IMG/VR virus record: IMGVR_UViG_3300017778_001652
Span: 1 to 39,958 of that record
DNA: 39,958 nucleotides
Reading direction: 5' to 3' (one strand)
From: a virus
Lineage: Duplodnaviria > Caudoviricetes
How positions within the stretch are numbered: position 1 is the stretch's first letter; each line of letters starts with the position of its first letter. A program made the position numbers and the translations under genes. Of this stretch, positions 6,676 to 15,157 are shown one piece after another. Below the pieces are notes generated by a model. The model saw only the letters and a list, made by a program, of their open reading frames with translations. It searched no databases and was not told where the DNA came from.

Positions 6676-7803
6676 ATGTCTACGCAATCTATCTATGATG
6701 TTTCGCTGTCTCAAGCCGTCAACATGATCCGTCTTACGGGTCATCAGAATACCGTGCTGCTCCAAGGCCACATGGGTACGGGTAAGTCTTCCATGCTCAA
6801 GACGCTGGCATCAATGCTCCCAACCCATCATCCGGTCTACTTTGACTGCACCACGAAAGACTTGGGCGATATCACCATCCCAAAGATTGGCAACGACGCC
6901 GAGACTGGCAACGACTTCGTGAAGTATGTTCCCAACGAGGAACTCGGTCTGCACTTGGATGGCCCGATCATTCTCATGATTGATGAGTTCGGTAAGGCGA
7001 ACCCTGCAGTGAAGACCGCCCTTCTCCGCTTGATGCTGGAGGGCAAGACTGCTGGCTACACGAAGCATCCCCAGACGATCATCTTTGCCACAACCAATCT
7101 GGGCAGCGAGGGTGTGGGTGACTTGTTGCCAGCACATGCCCGTAATCGTCTGACGGTTCTGCGCGTTCGTAAGCCGACAGAAGTTGAGTGGATCGAGGAC
7201 TTCGCTTTGGAGAATGGTATCGACCCAATCATCCTGTCGTGGGTGAGGGAGAACCCGCAAGTGTTTGCTTCGTTCGAGGACGTTATCGATCCCAAGGATA
7301 ACGAATATATCTTTCACCCAAAGGCGGTGGGTCGGGTGTCGTTCGTTACGCCGAGAACGCTGGAGATGGCGAGCCACTGGTTAAAACAGCGCGAGCATAT
7401 GTCGTCCCATGAATTGACGGCTGCGCTTATCGGTACGCTGGGCCAACGTGCTGCGTCTGACATGAGTGCATACATTACTGTTGCACTTGATATGCCAAGG
7501 CTGGATGACATCAAGGCTAACCCGCTTACCTGCAAGGTTCCGACTAACAACTCTGTGGTGTGTATGGTTGTGCATCGGACGTTGGGATGTATCGAGCGTA
7601 ACTGGTGCGATGCGTGGATGGACTACATGCTGCGGTTGCCAGCCGAGGCGCAAGGTATGTTTGCCAATGCCATCGTCCGTAGTGTCGAGAAGGACTCAAG
7701 CGGTAAGCCGAAGTCCAAGCGGTTGATGGAGGTGTTCACCAACAAGAAATACGCTGACTGGGCGTTGAAAAATAATCACTTGTTTGCTAGTGACAAGCGG
7801 TAA
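6676..7803 (+). CDS. AAA+ ATPase (MoxR/CbbQ/CobS-like)
   Basis: Walker A GHMGTGKS, Walker B ILMIDE, sensor-1 ATTN, Arg finger ARNR, sensor-2 TPR. Confidence 0.9.
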   Translation: MSTQSIYDVSLSQAVNMIRLTGHQNTVLLQGHMGTGKSSMLKTLASMLPTHHPVYFDCTTKDLGDITIPKIGNDAETGNDFVKYVPNEELGLHLDGPIILMIDEFGKANPAVKTALLRLMLEGKTAGYTKHPQTIIFATTNLGSEGVGDLLPAHARNRLTVLRVRKPTEVEWIEDFALENGIDPIILSWVRENPQVFASFEDVIDPKDNEYIFHPKAVGRVSFVTPRTLEMASHWLKQREHMSSHELTAALIGTLGQRAASDMSAYITVALDMPRLDDIKANPLTCKVPTNNSVVCMVVHRTLGCIERNWCDAWMDYMLRLPAEAQGMFANAIVRSVEKDSSGKPKSKRLMEVFTNKKYADWALKNNHLFASDKR

Positions 7804-7824
7804 GTAGTGGTATAGTGTGGGAAG

Positions 7825-7864
7825 CAAGGCTGAATGGTTCAGCCTTGTTATAAATGTTTATAAC
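7825..7864 (+). promoter_or_regulatory. Hairpin plus 18-bp palindrome, copy 3
   Basis: CAAGGCTGAA-tgg-TTCAGCCTTG (7825-7847) fused to GTTATAAATGTTTATAAC (7847-7864). Confidence 0.8.
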
Positions 7865-7879
7865 TGAATGGAGAAGGAT

Positions 7880-9157
7880 ATGTTGATGATCGGTAAGCAA
7901 TTGACCGCAGCGCAGCGGTTGGAGAAGTCGGTTCGTGATCTTCTCTCTAAAGATTACTTCGTGCCGTTGTCCGGTGTGCTGTTGTGTGTACAGCATGCGG
8001 TGGATACGACCAACAAGATCAAGACCGCCGCGACTAACGGTGTTTGGTGTAAGTACGGTGAGGCGTTCGTTGACAGTTTGACCGACGCCGAGCTTCGCTT
8101 CCTTGTTTTGCATGAAACCTACCATTGCATGTACAACCATCTGACCACTTGGGGCTGGATGTACAAAGAAGGTGGTGCTCTGGCGAATCAGGCGTGTGAC
8201 CATGTTATCAACCTGCAGATTCTGGAGATCGAGCAGTACGACAGAGAACTTAAAGGCTTCCTCGTTATGCCCAAGGGTGGCTGTGCTGATCGTAAGTTCC
8301 TCGGTATGGACAGCCCGACTGTGTACAAGATGCTGAAGGAACAGCAAGAGCAAGAGCAAGAGGATGAGCAGGATGGGGGCGAGGGTCAAGGCGAGGGTGA
8401 GGGTGAGGACGGTGATGGTCAAGGGGGTCAGGCTGGTGATGAGGCTGATGATGGCTTTGATGAACATGACTGGGATGCAGCGGACAAGTTAAGCGCAGAG
8501 GAGAAAGCCGAGAACGCTAGGCAGATGGATGAGGCTGTGCGTCAGGGTGCGTTGCTTGCATCTAAGTCAGGCAAGGGTGGTGATCGTGTTCTGGGTGACA
8601 TGCTTGCTGCTAAGGTGCGTTGGCAAGATGCGCTCCGTGAGTATCTGCAAGCAACGTGTGCTGGTAACGAGTTCTCTACATGGCGTAAGCCGAACCGTCG
8701 CTTCGTTGCATCGGGTATATACATGCCGTCTGGCGTGTCCGAGATCATGGGCGAGTTGGTGATCGCCGTTGACATGTCAGGCAGCATCGGTGACCGCGAG
8801 GTTGCTCAGTTCTTGGGTGAGATCACTGCTATCTGCGAGACTGTGCGGCCCGAGAAGTTGCGCTTGCTGTACTGGGATACCGCAGTCTGCCAAGACGAGA
8901 AGTATGAGCGTGAGGAACTGATTAACTTGGCAGCATCAACTCGGCCAGCCGGGGGTGGCGGTACTTCACCATCGTGTATCACGGATTACATGGTGTCCGA
9001 GGGTATCAAGCCGCAAGTGTGTGTGGTGTTGACTGACGGCTGGGTTGGATCGGACTGGGGTGGCGCATGGCCCTGCCCTGTCTTGTGGTGTATTGCAGGT
9101 AACAAGTCAGCAAGCCCCACTACGGGGTCGGCTGTTCACATCGACTGGAATAACTAA
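7880..9157 (+). CDS. Metallopeptidase-like plus VWA domain protein (DUF2201-like)
   Basis: HETYH (HExxH), acidic Gly-rich linker, MIDAS DMSGS...GGGGTS...LTDG. The GGAG RBS favours ATG 7880 over 7868. Confidence 0.88.
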   Translation: MLMIGKQLTAAQRLEKSVRDLLSKDYFVPLSGVLLCVQHAVDTTNKIKTAATNGVWCKYGEAFVDSLTDAELRFLVLHETYHCMYNHLTTWGWMYKEGGALANQACDHVINLQILEIEQYDRELKGFLVMPKGGCADRKFLGMDSPTVYKMLKEQQEQEQEDEQDGGEGQGEGEGEDGDGQGGQAGDEADDGFDEHDWDAADKLSAEEKAENARQMDEAVRQGALLASKSGKGGDRVLGDMLAAKVRWQDALREYLQATCAGNEFSTWRKPNRRFVASGIYMPSGVSEIMGELVIAVDMSGSIGDREVAQFLGEITAICETVRPEKLRLLYWDTAVCQDEKYEREELINLAASTRPAGGGGTSPSCITDYMVSEGIKPQVCVVLTDGWVGSDWGGAWPCPVLWCIAGNKSASPTTGSAVHIDWNN

Positions 9158-9167
9158 GGAGAATGAG

Positions 9168-10133
9168 ATGACATACGAAGCAATGAAAACCAGCATCATG
9201 GTTAGGGAATCCAATAGGCGAATGAAGGAATGGAACGAAGAAGATAGAAGAGTGCCGGAGGGCGAAGACGTAAAAGACTTGGACTACATCGACGGCATCC
9301 CCGTCGCTCCTTCTCTTTTCGCACTGGCATCAGAAATTCGCAAGGTTAACCCTGCCATCAAGTTCTGCAACACGAACAGGCACTCATGGGTAAATGAGCG
9401 TAGGTTGTTTTGTCGTTTGTATGCATACCGTGAGGGGCACGATTACGTGCTTGGCGAGATCGGCTGGGGTGACTATCGGCTACGCAAGAACTACGAAACC
9501 ATCAACAAGTACATGGTGGCGAGCCGCAAGATCGAGAACCAGAAGGTCAAGTACTACAACGACCAACATCACATGGCGATCACGGACAACCTGAAGAGCG
9601 CAGTCAAGAACGCATGTAAATTCCTCGTGCCGCATACGCTGGAGGAAGTGGCGGATATGTCGTTCCGTGATTTCAGTAGGGAGGTGCGTGACCAGAAGGA
9701 CGGGGCTGTCAACAATGCGCGTTCCTTCGTAGATAAATGCACTTCCTTCAATGTTGTTAGAACAGAACTTCACAACTTGATCCGGTTGGGTGTGCAGTTC
9801 GTAACGCCCGAGTTCAAGTCTGCTGCGGAAGAGTTGTTCAAGGCAACAGCCGAGGCCGAGGTTGAGAAGGCTCGCAAGATCGGTGCGTACTTCGTGCAGT
9901 TCAAAGAATACGTGGGTGTGATGCGGGTCAACGTGATTACCTTTGACACAAACTTCCGCAACGAAGTCTCGTCAGGTGCTGGCACCTCAACCCAATTCCC
10001 CGCATCCGACTTGCCGCTGGACATCCAAGAGAAGGTCGCTGTTCTGTCTATGGTGGAGGATGGCACGAGCATCCCCGGTGTGGGCAGGAAGGTGTCGGCT
10101 ACTTCGTTCTGGTTGGAGCGGGAGTTGACATGA
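9168..10133 (+). CDS. Hypothetical protein (321 aa)
   Basis: AAGGAG RBS before ATG 9168. The C-terminal domain is similar to that of the next gene. Confidence 0.85.
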   Translation: MTYEAMKTSIMVRESNRRMKEWNEEDRRVPEGEDVKDLDYIDGIPVAPSLFALASEIRKVNPAIKFCNTNRHSWVNERRLFCRLYAYREGHDYVLGEIGWGDYRLRKNYETINKYMVASRKIENQKVKYYNDQHHMAITDNLKSAVKNACKFLVPHTLEEVADMSFRDFSREVRDQKDGAVNNARSFVDKCTSFNVVRTELHNLIRLGVQFVTPEFKSAAEELFKATAEAEVEKARKIGAYFVQFKEYVGVMRVNVITFDTNFRNEVSSGAGTSTQFPASDLPLDIQEKVAVLSMVEDGTSIPGVGRKVSATSFWLERELT

Positions 10134-10684
10134 ACGAGGGGGTGGGTAAAAGATACTGGGGGGGTGGTAGTTACCCCAATGCTCACATAACCAAATCATA
10201 TTTCTTTATGTCAACTAAAGAGTGGGACGATCTCAAGTATGCGCTCAGGAGAAGGGCGCAACGATACAACTGGAACAATCTGGAAGGGCTGAACACATCT
10301 GCTACAAGCATGCCGTATGGTGAGCTTGACCGACTCGAAGACACGTTAGTAACGAAAGCAACAATGAAACCAACAGAAGAACAAATCATTCACCGCGTGG
10401 ATGTGGGTGTGAATGATCTGCATCCCGTGCGAGTCTTCACTTGGGGCTGTGAAAGTATTTCTACCACACCGAAAAATAAAGACCCAAAGATGCTTCCAGT
10501 GGACGACGACTTGATCTATGATTCGGTGGACGACTTGCCAGAATGGATGCAGCAGAAGTTAGCTGTGCTGTCTGGTATTGATTGCAGCAAACCAACCGAA
10601 GAGTTGGAAGGTATTGGTAGGCGAGTAGCGGGTCATGTCTTCTGGGTCTACCCGTCTGCTGGTGAGAAGTTGGAGAAGAAGTAA
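10130..10684 (+). CDS. Hypothetical protein (184 aa)
   Basis: ATGA-coupled with a GGGAG RBS; C-terminal DDLPEWMQQKLAVLS..GIGRRV..FWV. Confidence 0.85.
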   Translation: MNEGVGKRYWGGGSYPNAHITKSYFFMSTKEWDDLKYALRRRAQRYNWNNLEGLNTSATSMPYGELDRLEDTLVTKATMKPTEEQIIHRVDVGVNDLHPVRVFTWGCESISTTPKNKDPKMLPVDDDLIYDSVDDLPEWMQQKLAVLSGIDCSKPTEELEGIGRRVAGHVFWVYPSAGEKLEKK

Positions 10685-11049
10685 TGGCACAAACGCCCGA
10701 AGCTAAAGTTAAAGCTGCGGTGCGGAAGGTGTTAACCGAGTTGGGTGCGTACTACGTCATGCCTGTCACAAGCGGGTATGGCAACTCTGGCGCACCTGAC
10801 TTCCTTGTTTGCCTTGCTGGTCTGTTTATTGGGATCGAGTGCAAGGCTGGCAAGAACACACCGACTGCATTGCAGGAAAAGAATCTGCAGCAAATACAAA
10901 AAGCAGATGGATCGGCGTTCGTTGTAAACGAACATAACATAACAGAACTTGATTACTTACTAAGGAGAATTGAAAATGATTGGAGAAAACATGGATACCG
11001 TAACCACACAAATCCCACAAACGAAACAAACGAAACCAATGAAAGCTAA
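10684..11049 (+). CDS. VRR-NUC / Holliday-junction-resolvase-like nuclease
   Basis: TPEAKVK..GAPDFL..FIGIECKAG..PTALQ is a PD-(D/E)XK signature. Confidence 0.9.
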   Translation: MAQTPEAKVKAAVRKVLTELGAYYVMPVTSGYGNSGAPDFLVCLAGLFIGIECKAGKNTPTALQEKNLQQIQKADGSAFVVNEHNITELDYLLRRIENDWRKHGYRNHTNPTNETNETNES

Positions 11050-11497
11050 ACCGAAAGCCAAGGCCAAGGCTAAACCGAAGAAGTCCAAGCAGAAAACCAC
11101 GAGCCTTACAAAGCGAATCGTCCTTGCATCAGATGAGGGCAAGTCTCCGCGAGAGATCGCTGAGTTGTTGGGGATCAACGCGCAAACCGTGTACTCCGTG
11201 CGGTGGCAAGAGAAGATGCGACGTAAGAACACTGTTGGAACCATCGGGACTGAGATGGGAACCGAACACTGGTTTCAGCAGGAAGTCGCCAAAGCTGCGA
11301 AGCAAAATAAAACTGAGACAAATACTCCAACGGATTGGGACGAAATCGTTCGTGCCTACAAAGCTATGGAAGCCGCACCTGTCACGCCCCCACCCAAGTT
11401 CACTTTTAACGAGCCACATGCACCCGCGCTCCTTCCACCACAAACATTCTTTGCACGGATCAAAGCCGCATACACCGTGCTGCGGGGGGTCAAGTAA
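10991..11497 (+). CDS. Basic HTH DNA-binding protein
   Basis: Lys/Ala-rich N-terminus, then GKSPREIAELLGINAQTVYSVR helix-turn-helix; GGAG RBS before ATG 10991. Confidence 0.75.
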   Translation: MDTVTTQIPQTKQTKPMKAKPKAKAKAKPKKSKQKTTSLTKRIVLASDEGKSPREIAELLGINAQTVYSVRWQEKMRRKNTVGTIGTEMGTEHWFQQEVAKAAKQNKTETNTPTDWDEIVRAYKAMEAAPVTPPPKFTFNEPHAPALLPPQTFFARIKAAYTVLRGVK

Positions 11498-11664
11498 TGA
11501 ATACATCTTTGCTGAAAGCCTCGCGTCGGTTGTGGACTAGCGAGTTTGCGTCGGAAGAATTGAACAAGGTAAACCAACTGAAATGGGCACGAGCAGTAAA
11601 GATGTTGGGTCCGAAGTGGGCGTTGTCCCAGCAACTGCAAGTACAGAAAAAATTGAGCAGTTGA
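11497..11664 (+). CDS. Hypothetical protein (55 aa)
   Basis: Manual translation MNTSLLKASRRLWTSEF...KWARAVKMLGPKWAL; TAATG coupling; fills the gap exactly. Confidence 0.7.
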   Translation: MNTSLLKASRRLWTSEFASEELNKVNQLKWARAVKMLGPKWALSQQLQVQKKLSS

Positions 11665-11667
11665 GTG

Positions 11668-11886
11668 ATGGGGCCAAGTACAGCAGGTTTTTCATGCCCA
11701 GTGTGCGGAGCATGGACGAGGGTTCTTTCAACGAGAAAAGCCATTCGGCGCAGGGAGTGTGCAAACTTGCACCGTTTTTATACCGAGGAAGCAGTGCTTG
11801 GCCCTTCAAGTATCAAATCAGATGAAGACACTAATTCACGTAAATCAGCATGTGGTGAAGAGCAACGCGAAGACGGGAGCGAATGA
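11668..11886 (+). CDS. Zinc-ribbon protein (NrdR N-terminal/Ogr-like)
   Basis: CPVCGAWTRVLSTR..IRRRECANLHRFYTEE. Confidence 0.7.
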   Translation: MGPSTAGFSCPVCGAWTRVLSTRKAIRRRECANLHRFYTEEAVLGPSSIKSDEDTNSRKSACGEEQREDGSE

Positions 11887-12088
11887 CCCTGTGCTCACCG
11901 TGAAAACCTACAAGTCGAATGTGTATGCACATGAGGTAGAGATTCATGGCCCGAGTCGCGTTGTGTATCAGCCTGAGTCACCGCTGTCTTGTGGTGCAAA
12001 AGTGTGGATCGAAACTTATGCAGAAGTAACCATCAACCAAACAAAGGAAGAAAGTAATGAAGACAAAGATACCGGAGGAGATGTGTAG
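11822..12088 (+). CDS. Conserved phage hypothetical protein
   Basis: MKTLIHVNQHVVKSN...PLSCGAKVWIET; protein-like composition from ATG 11822. Confidence 0.75.
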   Translation: MKTLIHVNQHVVKSNAKTGANDPVLTVKTYKSNVYAHEVEIHGPSRVVYQPESPLSCGAKVWIETYAEVTINQTKEESNEDKDTGGDV

Positions 12089-12248
12089 CGGCACATGCGG
12101 TGGCAAGCGAGAAAACTGCCCCGTGCCTATGGCTTGCGGTTGGCCCGAAGATATTAACAAAGAGAACAAGATTCTTAGCAACCTAATAGGAATACTAGTG
12201 TGCGTCGGGCTTATTGTTTTTTGTGCGGGGGTGATCGTATGGCTTTGA
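12057..12248 (+). CDS. Small Cys-rich protein with a C-terminal TM helix
   Basis: CSGTC..CPVPMAC plus a hydrophobic C-terminus; AAGGA RBS. Confidence 0.65.
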   Translation: MKTKIPEEMCSGTCGGKRENCPVPMACGWPEDINKENKILSNLIGILVCVGLIVFCAGVIVWL

Positions 12249-12430
12249 TCTGGAGAGTTGCCAGCAAAGCCGCAAAAGAATCCATGCGTAATCGGATTCC
12301 AATCGAAGAGATACTGAAAACAACGGGCACAGGATGGGAGATTCCCGCTGATGTCAAACGCCCCGATGGTATGACCGCTAAAGAACTGGGGCAGTGGGTG
12401 CGAGAGGTAGCAAGGCCATGCGGGTATTAG
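12239..12430 (+). CDS. Hypothetical protein (63 aa)
   Basis: GGGGTG RBS before ATG 12239; part of the overlapping chain. Confidence 0.6.
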   Translation: MALIWRVASKAAKESMRNRIPIEEILKTTGTGWEIPADVKRPDGMTAKELGQWVREVARPCGY

Positions 12431-12594
12431 TTGTGCTGGTTGCCATGCTGTTGGTGGCTTGTGCAAAATCGGATCAACCCGAAGAAGTACCTGATGACGA
12501 GTTATTCGACTGCGAGCTTAGTAAGGACAAGAAGTTTATTGTCTGCTATGACCGCAAGCGTAGAGAAGTAGCAACGAAAGGGAAAAATGAATAA
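12418..12594 (+). CDS. Small lipoprotein
   Basis: MRVLVVLVAMLLVAC is a signal peptide with lipobox LVAC; GAGG RBS. Confidence 0.7.
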   Translation: MRVLVVLVAMLLVACAKSDQPEEVPDDELFDCELSKDKKFIVCYDRKRREVATKGKNE

Positions 12595-12826
12595 CGAAAA
12601 AGATTACATAGAGTGTGCCAACCAAAAGGTTTATGTAAAACACAACATCACTTACGTCCCACATTACTCCAAGCCGGGGGTATTTGTAGGTCCGGGGTGG
12701 GCAGGTAAAACGATAAGCCCAAAAGGACACGCCGTATACCACCCGAACGAGTACACAGAAGAACAACTCATCGATGCAGGGGCGGGTGTGTCGGAAATGT
12801 TTTTGTGGGTTAGGGATGAAGGATGA
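12587..12826 (+). CDS. Hypothetical protein (79 aa)
   Basis: AGGGA RBS; part of the overlapping chain. Confidence 0.7.
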   Translation: MNNEKDYIECANQKVYVKHNITYVPHYSKPGVFVGPGWAGKTISPKGHAVYHPNEYTEEQLIDAGAGVSEMFLWVRDEG

Positions 12827-13098
12827 GTGACCAAAAGCCTGTGGCGTGGCTACGTCAACGTGACAACAAACTGGCGTTAAGTGATGGTGGGCTGTTTGGT
12901 AGTGATTGGACGCCTCTTTACTATGCTGCCCTAGCGCAGCCTGAGCAGGAGCCCTATCCACTGCCTGAATCTCTCTACCCCGACAGTAAAGACTGGTCGG
13001 CTTCTGATTATGTTGGTCGCGTTGAGTTGCTGCACTTCATGTACGAATCAAAACGGCGCGAGGTTGAGCAGTTAGAGACAGCGCATGGGATTGAGTGA
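12823..13098 (+). CDS. Hypothetical protein (PVAW...TPLY mosaic type)
   Basis: QKPVAW...WTPLY and AALAQPEQEP segments are common in phage accessory ORFs; ATGA coupling. Confidence 0.7.
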   Translation: MSDQKPVAWLRQRDNKLALSDGGLFGSDWTPLYYAALAQPEQEPYPLPESLYPDSKDWSASDYVGRVELLHFMYESKRREVEQLETAHGIE

Positions 13099-13316
13099 GT
13101 TTAGGCAAATTAACCTTGAAGGATAAACTAATGAAACTGTATCCAACCCGAATTGAATGTGTGTGCGGGGAAACTTCTGATTTGCTGTTCATCATTGAGA
13201 ACATAGACGGGTGTGCCGCAAGTGTGAACATCAAAACCTGTGTCACTGCCGAATACTGGGACGAACTTACAGTCAAGATCAAAGAGGCGTTAGTGCTGAT
13301 GAACTTGGGGGATTGA
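13095..13316 (+). CDS. Hypothetical protein (start may be the internal ATG at 13131)
   Basis: GTGA coupling; AAGGA upstream of the internal Met. Confidence 0.6.
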   Translation: MSLGKLTLKDKLMKLYPTRIECVCGETSDLLFIIENIDGCAASVNIKTCVTAEYWDELTVKIKEALVLMNLGD

Positions 13317-13672
13317 TGGCTATCGGAACATTCACACGGTTCTGTTGGCGGTGCAAACAAAACAAGATGGCTCTAGGGGGCCGTGTTCAGCCACGCACAA
13401 AAATGTGGCTATGTAAAAGTTGTACAGAAGGCGAGAGTATGGAGTTCAATAACGGCAATCCCCCAAGCGTGGGCTGGTGGCCGACAAAGATGAAAGCCGC
13501 TTTGTACTACGGAACCTATCGATGGTGGGACGGCGAACGCTGGTCGTGGGCAGCATTTGCTCATGAGTCAGCAGCGAAGGCCGCATACTGGGCGGGAAAG
13601 AAAGAAGCAAGACAACTGGAAGTTGAGTGGGCAAACCGCCCGAAAGACTGGCCCAAACGAAGCCGCACATGA
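13316..13672 (+). CDS. Zn-ribbon plus Trp-rich hypothetical protein
   Basis: CWRC..CKSC followed by NPPSVGWWP..RWWDGERWS; TGATG coupling. Confidence 0.65.
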   Translation: MAIGTFTRFCWRCKQNKMALGGRVQPRTKMWLCKSCTEGESMEFNNGNPPSVGWWPTKMKAALYYGTYRWWDGERWSWAAFAHESAAKAAYWAGKKEARQLEVEWANRPKDWPKRSRT

Positions 13673-13863
13673 CGCGCCCAGAAAGTCCCTGTGTTGCAGT
13701 CTGCACAACACTTTATGACGAAGTGTGTAAAGGCTGCGGCAGAACCTACATCGAAGTCGCGCAGTGGTTGAGCATGACAGAGGAAGAACGCGAAGTAGTG
13801 TGGCAGCGTATCGATGCCGAGGCTACGGCATGGAGATACAATAGATATAAGGATCGCACATGA
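13669..13863 (+). CDS. DUF1289-family putative Fe-S protein
   Basis: SPCVAVC..VCKGCGRT..EVAQW..M.EEER signature. Confidence 0.85.
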   Translation: MTRPESPCVAVCTTLYDEVCKGCGRTYIEVAQWLSMTEEEREVVWQRIDAEATAWRYNRYKDRT

Positions 13864-14039
13864 ACGAGCCAAAGAAACCACGAAACATCATCGGTAAATC
13901 AATGAAGACGGAGATGGATCGGAGGCTCGAACGGCTAAGAGAGTTTTTAATCATGCAGGAGGAACTAACACCCCTTGCATCGTTTGAGTTTCATTGTTTG
14001 ATGACCAGATTGAAAAGAAAGGAAGAAGAAAATGACTGA
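13860..14039 (+). CDS. Hypothetical protein (59 aa)
   Basis: Manual translation MNEPKKPRNIIGK...RKEEEND; AAGGA RBS; ATGA coupling. Confidence 0.65.
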   Translation: MNEPKKPRNIIGKSMKTEMDRRLERLREFLIMQEELTPLASFEFHCLMTRLKRKEEEND

Positions 14040-14223
14040 AGATGAGAAGGATGCAGAGATATCTCGTCTGCGTAAGGCGTTGTACTACGAAGCCAATCGC
14101 TTCTCCCGCATTGGGACTCATGCTCCCGACTGCTGGAAGTGGGGGCCGCAGCATTACGAATGTGCATTACGTAAGATTAAAGAGATTAAAGATAAGGTTG
14201 AAAACTGGGGCGATCATGACTGA
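14032..14223 (+). CDS. Hypothetical protein (63 aa)
   Basis: THAPDCWKWGPQHYECAL motif; AAGGA RBS. Confidence 0.7.
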   Translation: MTEDEKDAEISRLRKALYYEANRFSRIGTHAPDCWKWGPQHYECALRKIKEIKDKVENWGDHD

Positions 14224-14452
14224 ACAAGTAGCAAACGAGATACAAGTGGGCGGAAATCATTACAAAGACATGGCGATTTCCCCTTGGGAATTGATGGAAG
14301 CCGTGCTTACTCATGAGGAGTTTGTAGGATTTCTTAAAGGCAACATATGCAAGTACGCCCTACGTGCAGGTCGCAAAGAGGGTAGCGACGACGCATCCAA
14401 AGCTAAACATTACATGCAGAAACTCAAAGAAGTTACTGGTAGTGGCTGGTAA
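14216..14452 (+). CDS. DUF3310 (T7 gp1.7/SaV-like) protein
   Basis: QVGGNHY...GFLKGNICKYALRAGRK..DASKAKHY signature. Confidence 0.85.
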   Translation: MTEQVANEIQVGGNHYKDMAISPWELMEAVLTHEEFVGFLKGNICKYALRAGRKEGSDDASKAKHYMQKLKEVTGSGW

Positions 14453-14460
14453 ATGAACGC

Positions 14461-15156
14461 ATGAAGACATTCATAAACTATTTTGGGGGTAAATACCGTA
14501 TATCTGCAATGTACGGCCCACCAAAGTACGATACGGTGATAGAACCCTTTGCTGGCGCAGCGGGGTATTCATTGCGACACTCGGAAAAAAACGTAAAACT
14601 GTACGAAGTTAATACCGATTTAGTTGCCATGTGGAAGTGGTTGATTTCGGCCTCCCCAGAAGATGTGCTGCGCTTACCAATAGAGTTTGACCATACAGAC
14701 GAACTAGATGTGGCACACGGGGCGAAGGTTCTTATTGGATTTTGCCTAAACACCGGAATCGTATCCCCCGCCAAAACCAAAAGTAAGTGGGCTAAAGAAT
14801 ACAAAGAAACAAAGCAGTTCTGGGGCATCGGTAGGCGTGAGCGTATATCTCAACAAGTTACAGGCATAAAGCACTGGGAATGTACTTTGGTCGACGACTA
14901 CTCTGAGATACCCAATCAGGAAGCAACTTGGTTCATTGATCCCCCATATCAAAATCAAGGGAAACACTATGTCCACAACTGCGAAAGCATAGACTTTCCA
15001 CACCTTGCCGAGTGGTCTAAGAGCAGGGGCGGGGAAGTGTTTGTTTGCGAGCAAGAAGGAGCAACATGGCTCCCGTGGACACACAGCAAAGATGTGAAGG
15101 CGAACGCCAAGACAAAGCGTTCAAAAGAAGTTTGGTATTACCAAAAAGGAGAATGA
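14461..15156 (+). CDS. Dam/D12-class N6-adenine DNA methyltransferase-like protein
   Basis: YFGGK (motif X), EPFAGAA (motif I), FIDPPY (motif IV). Confidence 0.85.
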   Translation: MKTFINYFGGKYRISAMYGPPKYDTVIEPFAGAAGYSLRHSEKNVKLYEVNTDLVAMWKWLISASPEDVLRLPIEFDHTDELDVAHGAKVLIGFCLNTGIVSPAKTKSKWAKEYKETKQFWGIGRRERISQQVTGIKHWECTLVDDYSEIPNQEATWFIDPPYQNQGKHYVHNCESIDFPHLAEWSKSRGGEVFVCEQEGATWLPWTHSKDVKANAKTKRSKEVWYYQKGE

Positions 15157-15157
15157 A

